Source: Bacillota bacterium
GTDB taxonomy: Bacteria; Bacillota; SHA-98; Ch115
Direction: 5' to 3'
DNA length: 54,770 nt
Assembly: GCA_012842565.1 (NCBI GenBank)
Contig: DUSO01000129.1
Span: 1 to 54,770 of the forward strand
The translations under genes were made by a program, and so were the position numbers. The notes under the pieces were generated by a model that was not told the DNA's origin, searched no databases, and was given only the letters and a program-made list of their open reading frames with translations. Position 1 is the stretch's first letter; every line of letters starts with the position of its first letter. Of the stretch, positions 28,940 to 37,485 are shown one piece after another.

Positions 28940-29494
28940 GTGATAGTATTGGGAATTGACCCCGGAATTGCATTGACAGGTTATGGGATTGTTGAAGGTA
29001 AGGGACATGGGCTTTCGGCCGTGGCCTACGGCTGTATACGCACCAAACCCGGGATTACGCACTCCAGGCGGCTCATGGAGATATTCCGGTCGGTCTCTGA
29101 CCTCATCATACGTTATAAGCCGGACGCCGTTGCCATTGAGGAATTGTTTTTCAACAAGAATGCAAGGACGGCGCTCAAAGTAGGAGAGTCGCGTGGGGTC
29201 GTAATCCTGGCTGCCATAACCCAAGGCGTCAAGCTTGTTGAATATACCCCGCTAGAGGTAAAGCAGGCCATCGCCGGGTACGGGAGGGCGACCAAAGGGC
29301 AAGTGCAGGGCATGGTCAAGATGCTCCTGCACCTCGATGAGATACCCTCGCCTGATGACACGGCGGATGCCCTCGCGTGCGCCATATGCCACATCAATTC
29401 TGAGGGCCCGCTCAGGTACCTTGTCCAGGGGCCTGAGGTGGTTACTCCCGGACACCGCATGGTGCCGGCCGGGCGTGGGGAGATCGTGCGATGA
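28940..29494 (+). CDS. ruvC: Holliday junction resolvase RuvC
   Basis: MIVLGIDPGIALTGYGIVE..., AIEELFFNKN and DDTADALACAICH acidic catalytic motifs. GTG start. About 25 extra C-terminal residues. Confidence 0.9.
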   Translation: MIVLGIDPGIALTGYGIVEGKGHGLSAVAYGCIRTKPGITHSRRLMEIFRSVSDLIIRYKPDAVAIEELFFNKNARTALKVGESRGVVILAAITQGVKLVEYTPLEVKQAIAGYGRATKGQVQGMVKMLLHLDEIPSPDDTADALACAICHINSEGPLRYLVQGPEVVTPGHRMVPAGRGEIVR

Positions 29495-30099
29495 TGTCTT
29501 ACATTCGTGGCAGGGTGGCGGAGACCGGGCCCGGGCGTGTCGTCCTCGACGTGGGGGGCCTGGGTTTTGCTCTGGAGGTGCCGCTTTCCACTGTCGACCT
29601 CTTGCCGGGGACCGGGGAAGAGGTCAGGCTATATACCTTTCTCCAGGTCCGGGAAGACCGGATAGTCCTCTATGGCTTCGGGACGAGGGAGGAGCAGCGC
29701 TTATTTTTGGATCTCATCTCGATAAACGGGGTGGGGCCGAAGGTCGCCATGAATATCCTCTCCGCCATGAGCGTAGAAGCCTTTAAGGTTGCCGTGGGGA
29801 GAGAGGATGCCGCGAGCCTCACCAGGATATCCGGGGTCGGTCCCAAGACGGCAAAGAGGATCATCCTGGAGCTCAAGGAGAAGTTGTCCCGGGGTACCAA
29901 GGAGGAGGTGCAGCCTGCAGGGGCGGGGTTGCCATCCGGTGCGGGAGCGGAAAAGGACGCGATTCAAGCTCTGGTGGCCCTGGGATATACATATGCCGAG
30001 GCGGGGAGGGCTATCGAGCTTGTCGCGGCAGGCGCTTCCGGCGAGCTTTCCGCCCAGGACCTGGTGAAGTCAGCCCTTCGCGTGCTCGGCAGGGCGTAG
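29491..30099 (+). CDS. ruvA: Holliday junction branch migration protein RuvA
   Basis: YIRGRV...GLGFALEVP OB domain. HhH pairs (INGVGPKVAMNILS, ISGVGPKTAKRIILEL). C-terminal domain III. ATGA overlap with the ruvC stop. Confidence 0.92.
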   Translation: MMSYIRGRVAETGPGRVVLDVGGLGFALEVPLSTVDLLPGTGEEVRLYTFLQVREDRIVLYGFGTREEQRLFLDLISINGVGPKVAMNILSAMSVEAFKVAVGREDAASLTRISGVGPKTAKRIILELKEKLSRGTKEEVQPAGAGLPSGAGAEKDAIQALVALGYTYAEAGRAIELVAAGASGELSAQDLVKSALRVLGRA

Positions 30100-30134
30100 G
30101 CTCCGCGAGGGCCGTGTATAGCCCCTGAGGAGGC

Positions 30135-31220
30135 ATGAGACCCGAAATGTCGTATGAAATGTCATATGAAAGGATAATCGCCCCTACGACAAGGGATGAA
30201 GATATCCCGGTCGAGCCGGGCTTAAGGCCGCGACGATTGAGCGAGTACATCGGGCAGAAGGCTCTCAAGGAAAACCTCGAGATATTCATCTCGGCCGCAA
30301 GGGAGAGAAATGAACCCCTTGACCATGTGCTTCTCTACGGTCCCCCGGGGCTCGGCAAGACGACCATGGCCCACATAATAGCCAACGAGCTCGGCGTGGG
30401 TATAAGGGTTACATCCGGACCTGCCATCGAGCGGCCCGGGGATATGGCCGCGATCCTGACCAACCTGGCCCCGGGAGACGTGCTGTTCATAGATGAAATC
30501 CACCGGCTGAACAGGACCGTGGAGGAGATACTCTACCCTGCCATGGAGGACTTCGCCCTGGATATCGTGATAGGGAAGGGTCCCAGTGCCAGGTCCATCA
30601 GGCTCGAACTCCCGAGGTTTACGCTCGTCGGGGCCACGACAAGGGCAGGGCTCTTGACCTCGCCCCTCAGGGACCGCTTTGGAATGATCCACAGGCTCGA
30701 CTTTTACAGCCCGGACGAGTTGCGGGAGATACTCACCAGGGCGGCCGCGAGGTTGGGCATCCGGATCTCCGGAGATGCCGCCGGGGAGATCGCCGCGAGA
30801 TCTCGCGGGACCCCGCGGGTCGCCATAAGGCTCTTGAAACGCGTGCGGGATTACGCTCAGGTGAAGGCAGACGGCGTCATTACCCTGGCCGTTGCCAAGA
30901 AAGCGCTCCGGCTTTTCGGGGTGGACGACATAGGGCTTGACGACATAGATCGCCGGCTGCTTCTTACAATAATACAGAAGTTTAACGGGGGTCCTGTCGG
31001 GATAGACACCATCGCGGCGTCAATTAGCGAGGAACGGGATACCATCGAGGACCTCTATGAGCCGTACCTGCTGCAGGTCGGCTTTCTCGACAGGACCCCG
31101 AGGGGGCGGCTGGCCACTCCTCTTGCTTACGAGCATTTCGGCCTGGAGTACGTCGATAGGGCCCAGGGGGATCCCGGGTCCCGGGGGCCGGCAGGGGGGC
31201 AGGGGATGGAGGACGATTAG
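30135..31220 (+). CDS. ruvB: Holliday junction DNA helicase RuvB
   Basis: [12 protein letters not shown], Walker [10 protein letters not shown], Walker [10 protein letters not shown] and sensor [16 protein letters not shown]. Three in-frame ATGs (30135, 30147, 30159) within a 12-nt tandem duplication. Confidence 0.95.
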   Translation: MRPEMSYEMSYERIIAPTTRDEDIPVEPGLRPRRLSEYIGQKALKENLEIFISAARERNEPLDHVLLYGPPGLGKTTMAHIIANELGVGIRVTSGPAIERPGDMAAILTNLAPGDVLFIDEIHRLNRTVEEILYPAMEDFALDIVIGKGPSARSIRLELPRFTLVGATTRAGLLTSPLRDRFGMIHRLDFYSPDELREILTRAAARLGIRISGDAAGEIAARSRGTPRVAIRLLKRVRDYAQVKADGVITLAVAKKALRLFGVDDIGLDDIDRRLLLTIIQKFNGGPVGIDTIAASISEERDTIEDLYEPYLLQVGFLDRTPRGRLATPLAYEHFGLEYVDRAQGDPGSRGPAGGQGMEDD

Positions 31221-31223
31221 ACT

Positions 31224-31754
31224 TTGAAGGTACTGCTGCACACATGTTGCGCACCCTGTACTACTTTCTGCCGTAAATCACTCGAGGAAGACGGCATGGA
31301 GGTTACGGGGTACTTCTACAATCCAAATATTCACCCGTACAAGGAATTCGAGAGGCGCCGGGACACCATGAAGGACTATGCCGCGCGTACCGGCTTCAGC
31401 GTGGTCTATCATGACGGATACGAGCTCGAGGACTTCATCAGGAACGTGGTATTTCGTGAGGCGGAAAGGTGCAGGTTTTGCTACTACATGCGGCTCAAGA
31501 AGGCTGCCGAGGTGGCAAAGGAGCTCGGGGCCGATGCCTTTTCGACCACCCTCTTGATCAGCCCCTATCAGAAGCATGACCTGATAAGGGCAACCGGCGA
31601 GCTCGTCTCGCAAGAGGAGGGGATTCCCTTCCTTTACAAGGACTTCAGGTCTGGATATCGTGAGAGCGTGAGGATGTCACGGGGGATGGGATTATACAGG
31701 CAACCATACTGCGGCTGTATATACAGCGAGAAAGAGCGGTATTCAGGCGCATAG
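31224..31754 (+). CDS. queH: Epoxyqueuosine reductase QueH (DUF208)
   Basis: LLHTCCAPC, RCRFCYYMRL, ISPYQKHD and YRQPYCGC are the conserved Cys clusters of DUF208/QueH. TTG start lies 3 nt after the ruvB stop. Confidence 0.8.
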   Translation: MKVLLHTCCAPCTTFCRKSLEEDGMEVTGYFYNPNIHPYKEFERRRDTMKDYAARTGFSVVYHDGYELEDFIRNVVFREAERCRFCYYMRLKKAAEVAKELGADAFSTTLLISPYQKHDLIRATGELVSQEEGIPFLYKDFRSGYRESVRMSRGMGLYRQPYCGCIYSEKERYSGA

Positions 31755-31780
31755 ATCCGGTCTTTGCGGGGTGATGTTTC

Positions 31781-32005
31781 GTGGGAGAGTTCGGGTCATT
31801 CGGCAAGCTTCTCATCTTGATGGGCGGCCTCCTTGTCCTCATAGGGCTCTTGATGTTGATTGCGGGAAAGGTGCCCTGGATAGGGCGGCTGCCGGGTGAC
31901 ATCTACGTCCGCCGGGGCAATTTCACCTTCTATTTCCCCGTGGTCACCTGTATTATTGTAAGCATCCTCCTGACCATAGTCTTTAGCCTTTTTTCGCGCC
32001 GCTAG
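31781..32005 (+). CDS. DUF2905 small membrane protein
   Basis: 74 aa with two TM helices and the signature GRLPGDIYVRRGNFTFYFP. Confidence 0.7.
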   Translation: MGEFGSFGKLLILMGGLLVLIGLLMLIAGKVPWIGRLPGDIYVRRGNFTFYFPVVTCIIVSILLTIVFSLFSRR

Positions 32006-32083
32006 TGCCCTCTATGCTGTGGTATGATGTCGAATAGCCCCCGGAAGACGCGGGCAGCATATGTTTGAGAAGGAGTCTACCAG

Positions 32084-32887
32084 ATGTCGTTATACAGGGC
32101 AGAGGGCATAGTCCTCAGGACAAGGGCTCTGGGAGAAGCGGATAGGATCGCGACCATATACACGCGGGAGGCAGGAAAGGTAAGGGCGGTTGCAAGGGGG
32201 GCGAGACGGCCGAGGTGCAGGCTTTCAGGTAGCACAGAGCCTTTCACCCATGCCGAGTTCCTGTTATTTAGGGGAACAGGCCTTGACAACATAAGTCAGG
32301 TGGAAATCCGAGAGTCGTTTCAGGCCATAAGGGGCAACCTCGGCCTTATGGCGCGTGCCTCATACATGGCCGAGCTGCTTGACAGGACGACAGAGGAGGG
32401 CGAGCCAGCCCCCGAAATATTCCAGTTGCTCTTGAAATGCCTTCGCATGCTGGCGCAACAAGACGGCCCCGGGGCAGTCGATCCGGATACGGTCCTCTAC
32501 GCCTATGAGGCAAGGCTCTTGAGATACCTGGGTTACGCACCCATGCTGGACAGGTGCATGGGCTGCGGGGGCCCTATGGGAGCCCGTAGGCTCGTATTTT
32601 ACCCGAGCCTGGGCGGCGTCCTGTGCGAGGGGTGCCGGGGTAATAGGGAGCAACTGGATACCGCCGGTGTGGAGATATCGAGGAGGAGCGTAGAGTTCCT
32701 GCGGTGGCTTCTTTCAGGAGACCTGGAGAGACTGGGCTACCTGAGGATCCCTCCCTCTTCAAAAAACGAGATCAGGGAGGTCCTGCACGCGCATGAAGAT
32801 TTCCGGTTGGATTCCCCTCTTAAATCCCGGGGTTTTCTCGATCGGATTACAGAAGAATTTGACGGGGGTGACGTGAAGGATGGCTGA
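32084..32887 (+). CDS. recO: DNA repair protein RecO
   Basis: MSLYRAEGIVLRTRALGEADRIATIYTRE OB-fold N-terminus. Zinc motif CMGCGG...LCEGC. Confidence 0.9.
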   Translation: MSLYRAEGIVLRTRALGEADRIATIYTREAGKVRAVARGARRPRCRLSGSTEPFTHAEFLLFRGTGLDNISQVEIRESFQAIRGNLGLMARASYMAELLDRTTEEGEPAPEIFQLLLKCLRMLAQQDGPGAVDPDTVLYAYEARLLRYLGYAPMLDRCMGCGGPMGARRLVFYPSLGGVLCEGCRGNREQLDTAGVEISRRSVEFLRWLLSGDLERLGYLRIPPSSKNEIREVLHAHEDFRLDSPLKSRGFLDRITEEFDGGDVKDG

Positions 32888-33329
32888 GGCTGAGATAACT
32901 CTGGACAAGGTGGATTGCCTGAGGGACCGCGCCAATCTCTCCTATGAAGAGGCCGTGGATTACCTTAGACGGGCGAACGGAGATATCGTCCAGGCACTGG
33001 TGCTCGTCGAGAGAGACCTGAGTGAAGGGCGGCGTAAGCTTGTGGCCAAGGGCAATGAGATAGTCGCAAAATTAAAGGAGCTTGTCCGCACGGGGAATGA
33101 GATGAAGATCAGGGTGAGCCAGCGGGACAAGACGCTGGTCGAGGTGCCGGTCACGGCAGGCATAGTAGGGGCGATGCTGGCTCCTCAGGTAGCCGTGCTG
33201 GGCGCCCTGACTGCGCTTGCGACCCGCTGCGCGATATCTATCGATTCCCCCAAGGATCTAAAGGCGGCGGCTCAGGCTCAGGAGGGCACCGTGGCTCAGC
33301 CGGATGGTGGATCGAGCTTTCAGGCTTAG
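32880..33329 (+). CDS. UBA-like + DUF4342 domain protein
   Basis: N-terminal LSYEEAVDYLRRANGDIVQALVLVE (UBA/TS-N like). C-terminal KIRVSQRDKTLVEVPVTAGIVGAMLAPQVAVLGALTAL (DUF4342 pattern). ATGGCTGA overlap with the recO stop. Confidence 0.6.
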   Translation: MAEAEITLDKVDCLRDRANLSYEEAVDYLRRANGDIVQALVLVERDLSEGRRKLVAKGNEIVAKLKELVRTGNEMKIRVSQRDKTLVEVPVTAGIVGAMLAPQVAVLGALTALATRCAISIDSPKDLKAAAQAQEGTVAQPDGGSSFQA

Positions 33330-33362
33330 AGGGCCGGGCCGGTACAGGGAAGCCGGGCCGCG

Positions 33363-33391
33363 TTGACAATGGTGGTGCCCTCTGGTATAGT
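33363..33391 (+). promoter_or_regulatory. Near-consensus sigma-A promoter upstream of a terminator hairpin
   Basis: TTGACA (33363-33368), 17-nt spacer ending in TGg, then TATAGT (33386-33391). Confidence 0.65.
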
Positions 33392-33414
33392 TAAAGCGTG
33401 CTCGAGGGAGAAGG

Positions 33415-33454
33415 CCTCTCGTCTCCGGGATCCTGCCCGGACGAGAGGTTTTTT
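33415..33454 (+). terminator. Strong intrinsic terminator (recO operon end and/or leader attenuator/sRNA 3' end)
   Basis: CCTCTCGTC(T)CCGGG-atcctg-CCCGGACGAGAGG forms 14 bp with one bulge, followed by TTTTTT (33449-33454). Confidence 0.75.
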
Positions 33455-33470
33455 ACAGAGGGGTGAGGGC

Positions 33471-34121
33471 GTGCATCCGGTGCTGTACCTCTACCGGGTA
33501 ACGGTAAGGCGCGTCTTGAGCCGCTCCAGGCGGTACATATTCCTCGTGGCGGCGATTTTCCTCGTGGGGATAGCAATTGGGTTCATCTCATACCAGTGCT
33601 ACCCCGGACAGGTCTCCCTCATGGTATCGGAGATCACCGCGAAGCTCACCCGCCTGAGTGAGACCCTTGAAGGCGCAGGGACCTTGCAGGCTGTGCTGCT
33701 CGTCTTCTGGACCAATCTCAAGGTCGTCCTGATGTGCATTGCGTCGGGCCCGGCCTTTGGAATTGCCCCGGCGGCTGCCATCTTTCTCAACGGCTTTTTC
33801 ATCGGGGTGGCGGCCGGTCACGCTGCTTCGCGCGGGCTCAACGTGCCTCTCCTGCTAGGTACAAGCGTGATGCCTCACGGCATTTTCGAAGTCCCCGCGG
33901 TCATCCTCGGCGGGGTCTTGGGCATGCGTATCGGATTCAACATCCTCGCCCTCTTGAGGTCGCGCCAGACGCTGCGCGGGGTCATAAGGGTCCTCGGAGA
34001 TACTCTCGCAATTCTGCTTGCTTTAGTGATCCCGCTCCTCGCGGCTGCAGCCCTCATCGAGATGACCCTGACGAGGTACCTCGTGACCCGGGTTATCGTT
34101 CCCGGGCTTGGCGACGTGTGA
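33471..34121 (+). CDS. spoIIM: Stage II sporulation protein M
   Basis: Polytopic membrane protein with FWTNLKVVLMC, NGFFIGV and PHGIFEVPAVILG blocks. GTG 33471 follows GGGGTGAGGG and gives a length of 216 aa, close to Bacillus SpoIIM at 214 aa. The track start 33363 would place the promoter and terminator inside the ORF. Confidence 0.7.
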   Translation: MHPVLYLYRVTVRRVLSRSRRYIFLVAAIFLVGIAIGFISYQCYPGQVSLMVSEITAKLTRLSETLEGAGTLQAVLLVFWTNLKVVLMCIASGPAFGIAPAAAIFLNGFFIGVAAGHAASRGLNVPLLLGTSVMPHGIFEVPAVILGGVLGMRIGFNILALLRSRQTLRGVIRVLGDTLAILLALVIPLLAAAALIEMTLTRYLVTRVIVPGLGDV

Positions 34122-34170
34122 GGTCCGGGTGCGATTCGGGGATTAAGGTTGTTTAGGGGGTAATACGGAT

Positions 34171-35049
34171 ATGACCTTTGAGGAGATTGTGGCTTCGCTG
34201 GAGGGATTCTGGTCACGCCAGGGCTGCCTCATCATGCGTCCCTATGATATCGAGGTTGGTGCAGGTACAATGAGTCCTGCCACTTTTCTCCGGGCGCTCG
34301 GGCCGGAGCCGTGGAGGGTGGCATATGTACAGCCATCCAGGCGTCCTGCAGACGGCAGGTATGGCGAGAACCCCAACCGCCTCTTCCAGCATCACCAGTA
34401 CCAGGTGATACTGAAGCCTTCGCCTGATGATGTCCAGGACATCTATATAGAGAGCCTCCGTGCCATCGGGATCGACCCGGCAATGCATGACATCCGGTTC
34501 GTCGAGGATAACTGGGAATCCCCCACCCTGGGCGCCTGGGGGACGGGTTGGGAGGTCTGGCTTGATGGCATGGAGATCACACAATTTACATATTTCCAGC
34601 AGGTCGGAGGCATAGATGTGAGGCCCGTCTCGGCCGAGATAACCTACGGCCTGGAGCGTATCGCCATGTACATCCAGGATGTTGACAATGTATTCGACCT
34701 CTTGCTTTCCGGGGACATAAGATATGGGGAGGTCTACCACCAGTTTGAATTCGAGAATTCCAAGTATGGCTTCGAGCTTGCTGATATACCGACCTTGAAC
34801 GCTCTGTATGCCGCTTACGAATCCGAGGCCAACCGGGTGCTCGAGGCGGGGCTCGTCCTCCCGGCTTATGACTATGTATTGAAGTGTTCGCATGTATTCA
34901 ACCTGCTGGACGCCAGGGGCACCCTCGGTGTTGCCGAGAGGACGAGCATGATGGGGAGGATCCGGGCGCTCGCGAGGCGATGCGCAGAAAAATACATAGA
35001 GTCGAGAGAAGCGCTGGGATTTCCACTACTTCAGGCTGGAGGGAGATAG
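34171..35049 (+). CDS. glyQ: Glycine--tRNA ligase alpha subunit
   Basis: [19 protein letters not shown]...[29 protein letters not shown], the highly conserved GlyQ core. Confidence 0.95.
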   Translation: MTFEEIVASLEGFWSRQGCLIMRPYDIEVGAGTMSPATFLRALGPEPWRVAYVQPSRRPADGRYGENPNRLFQHHQYQVILKPSPDDVQDIYIESLRAIGIDPAMHDIRFVEDNWESPTLGAWGTGWEVWLDGMEITQFTYFQQVGGIDVRPVSAEITYGLERIAMYIQDVDNVFDLLLSGDIRYGEVYHQFEFENSKYGFELADIPTLNALYAAYESEANRVLEAGLVLPAYDYVLKCSHVFNLLDARGTLGVAERTSMMGRIRALARRCAEKYIESREALGFPLLQAGGR

Positions 35050-35052
35050 AAG

Positions 35053-37140
35053 GTGCGAAGGGATGCAGTACTCGAGATCGGTTGTGAAGAGATTCCAGCA
35101 AGGTTCATGCCGGATGCCCTAAGCTCCCTCAGGGCGCTCGCAGGAGACCTCTTGTCCCGGGAGAGGCTTAAGTTCGACAGGCTCGTCGCCTATGGTACGC
35201 CTCGGCGGCTCGTGCTGTATATCTCCAACCTCAACGACACCCAGGACGAGGCTGTAAGGCAAGTAAGAGGCCCGGCAAAACGCGTCGCATTTGACGAGTC
35301 AGGAAAGCCTACAAAGGCCGCGCTTGGTTTTGCCAAGGCTCAGGGCATTCCTGTAGAGGAGTTGGTTATAAGGGCCGACGAGAGAGGCGAATATGTATAC
35401 GCCGAGCTAAGGCAGCCGGGGGAGAGCGCCGCGGTTGTGCTCGGGAAGGTATTTCCCAGGCTCATAGGCTCACTGCCATTTCCACGGACCATGAGATGGG
35501 GCGACTCCGAGATGAGGTTTGTGAGGCCGGTCAGGTGGCTCCTGGCCCTCTTCGGCAACCAGGTGGTTGAATTCGAGGTGGACGGGGTATCCTCCGGCGA
35601 CATCACCTTCGGTCACCGCTTCCTCTCGCCCGGGCCGGTAAGGCTTGGCCGTGCCGAAGACTACGTCGCGACAATGCGGGGTTTGTCGGTGCTGGTGGAC
35701 CCGGCTGAGAGGAGGGAGTCCATACTGGCCCAGGCATCTCGCCTTGCCGCGCAAGCCGGTGGCAGGGTAGTGGCGGGCGACGATCTCTTGAGTGAGATCG
35801 TATTCTTGTGCGAGCACCCGCGTGGGATGCTGGGCAGGTTTGATCGTGAGTTCCTGTCAATTCCCAGAGCGGTGTTGACCACCACGATGGAAAAACACCA
35901 GAGATACCTGCCGGTCGAGGATGAGAGCGGCCGTCTTCTCCCTTGTTTCATTGCCTTCAGGGATGGCGGAGACCTGAACATAGAGGGGGTTACCAGGGGC
36001 AACGAGCGGGTGCTCAGGGCAAGGCTCTCGGATGCACGATTCTTCTATGATGAGGATCGGAAGATTCCTCTCGAGGGCTACCTGGACAGGCTTTCCGGGA
36101 TCATGTTCCTGGGGGGCCTGGGGACGGTGCGAGACAAGGTCGACCGGCTGGTAAGACTTGTGGAGCACCTTGCCCGGCAACTGGGTGTATCTGATGAGAT
36201 AACGGGGATCGCGAAGAGGGCTGCACTCCTTTGCAAGGCGGATCTCGCGACGAACATGGTGAGAGAATTTACTGAGCTGCAGGGCGTTATGGGCCGGGAG
36301 TACGCCATCTCCTCCGGTGAGGATCCCGGGGTCGCGGAGGCAATCTTTGAACATTACCTGCCAAGGTCCAGCGACGACGCACTGCCCGGAAGCCCTGCGG
36401 GCGCGATTCTCAGCATTGCCGACAAGGCTGACACCATAGTTGCCTGCTTCCTGGCGGGCCTGGAGCCTACAGGCTCTCAGGACCCGTATGCCCTCAGGAG
36501 GCAGGCGTCAGGTATCATATCCACCATCGTCGCACAGAGCCTCAAGCTCTCCCTCGGGGACCTCGTCGGCGTGGCTGCCCGGGGGCTTTTACAGCAGGGG
36601 CTTTCGGGGGAGTCCCCACAAGACCTCGATGAACGTGTGCTGGATTTCATGGCGGGCAGGCTCAAAGGGTATCTCCTCGAGCGAGATGTTAGATATGACC
36701 TGGTTGATGCCGTTATCGCAGCGGGGTTTGACGATATCGCAGGCGCCGTAAAGCGGGCGTATGCCCTCAAAGATTTTTCGGGCAAAGAGGAATTCCAGCT
36801 CATGGCCACGGGCTTTACGCGGGCGGCCAATATCGCCGGGACAGTTGCAGAGGCGCCTGTAGATGAATCACTCCTGGTTGAGGATGCCGAGCGGGCTCTT
36901 TACGGGGCTTATGTTGAAGCTGCACGGAGGGTCCGCGACCTTGCCCGGCGGGATGACCCGGCTGAGATGATCCGCGCCTTTGCGGAGCTCGCCTCCCCTA
37001 TAGACAGGTTCTTTACGGAGGTATTGGTGATGGCTGAGGATGAACGCATAAGACGGAATCGCCTCAACCTCCTTGCCGGGATAGCTGCCTTGATGAAGGG
37101 CGTGGCAGATATGTCCAAGGTGGTGGTTAAGTCCGGGTAA
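35053..37140 (+). CDS. glyS: Glycine--tRNA ligase beta subunit
   Basis: LEIGCEEIPARF N-terminus, FGTPRRL-type block (YGTPRRLVLY) and a C-terminal anticodon-binding region. 695 aa. Confidence 0.92.
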   Translation: MRRDAVLEIGCEEIPARFMPDALSSLRALAGDLLSRERLKFDRLVAYGTPRRLVLYISNLNDTQDEAVRQVRGPAKRVAFDESGKPTKAALGFAKAQGIPVEELVIRADERGEYVYAELRQPGESAAVVLGKVFPRLIGSLPFPRTMRWGDSEMRFVRPVRWLLALFGNQVVEFEVDGVSSGDITFGHRFLSPGPVRLGRAEDYVATMRGLSVLVDPAERRESILAQASRLAAQAGGRVVAGDDLLSEIVFLCEHPRGMLGRFDREFLSIPRAVLTTTMEKHQRYLPVEDESGRLLPCFIAFRDGGDLNIEGVTRGNERVLRARLSDARFFYDEDRKIPLEGYLDRLSGIMFLGGLGTVRDKVDRLVRLVEHLARQLGVSDEITGIAKRAALLCKADLATNMVREFTELQGVMGREYAISSGEDPGVAEAIFEHYLPRSSDDALPGSPAGAILSIADKADTIVACFLAGLEPTGSQDPYALRRQASGIISTIVAQSLKLSLGDLVGVAARGLLQQGLSGESPQDLDERVLDFMAGRLKGYLLERDVRYDLVDAVIAAGFDDIAGAVKRAYALKDFSGKEEFQLMATGFTRAANIAGTVAEAPVDESLLVEDAERALYGAYVEAARRVRDLARRDDPAEMIRAFAELASPIDRFFTEVLVMAEDERIRRNRLNLLAGIAALMKGVADMSKVVVKSG

Positions 37141-37347
37141 CCTGGGTAGTCGCCAGGGCCCGTCAGGGTTGGCGCTATTAGCAATAAGAATGCGTGACGC
37201 ATTTCCGGGCGGGCCCCGTGCCGGCGCCCGCTGGCGCCATCAAGATACGAAGGCTCACGGCGCATTTTCAAATTGGACGGCGTCAGTGGATAAAAAGTCT
37301 TTTCTCATAAGAAGGAGACAGGCGGCTCGTGTAGAATATAGGATGGA

Positions 37348-37377
37348 TTGACACGGCAGTGCATGGCGTCTTAAGAT
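37348..37377 (+). promoter_or_regulatory. Possible sigma-A promoter for ppdK
   Basis: TTGACA (37348-37353), an 18-nt spacer, then TAAGAT (37372-37377). This would give a 5' UTR of about 100 nt. Confidence 0.4.
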
Positions 37378-37485
37378 GATAACCTGCCGACATGGGCAAA
37401 ATATAGATCGCACCAGGTCTGCGCTGGATTGTGTCAGGAGCCGCACTGTCAGATCGACTTTAGGAGGAAGGAGAGACGAGCAAGG

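Noticed and set aside
34213-34893. 226-aa minus-strand ORF antisense to glyQ
   Set aside because: glyQ is one of the most conserved frames in the window, so the antisense ORF is a GC-bias artefact.
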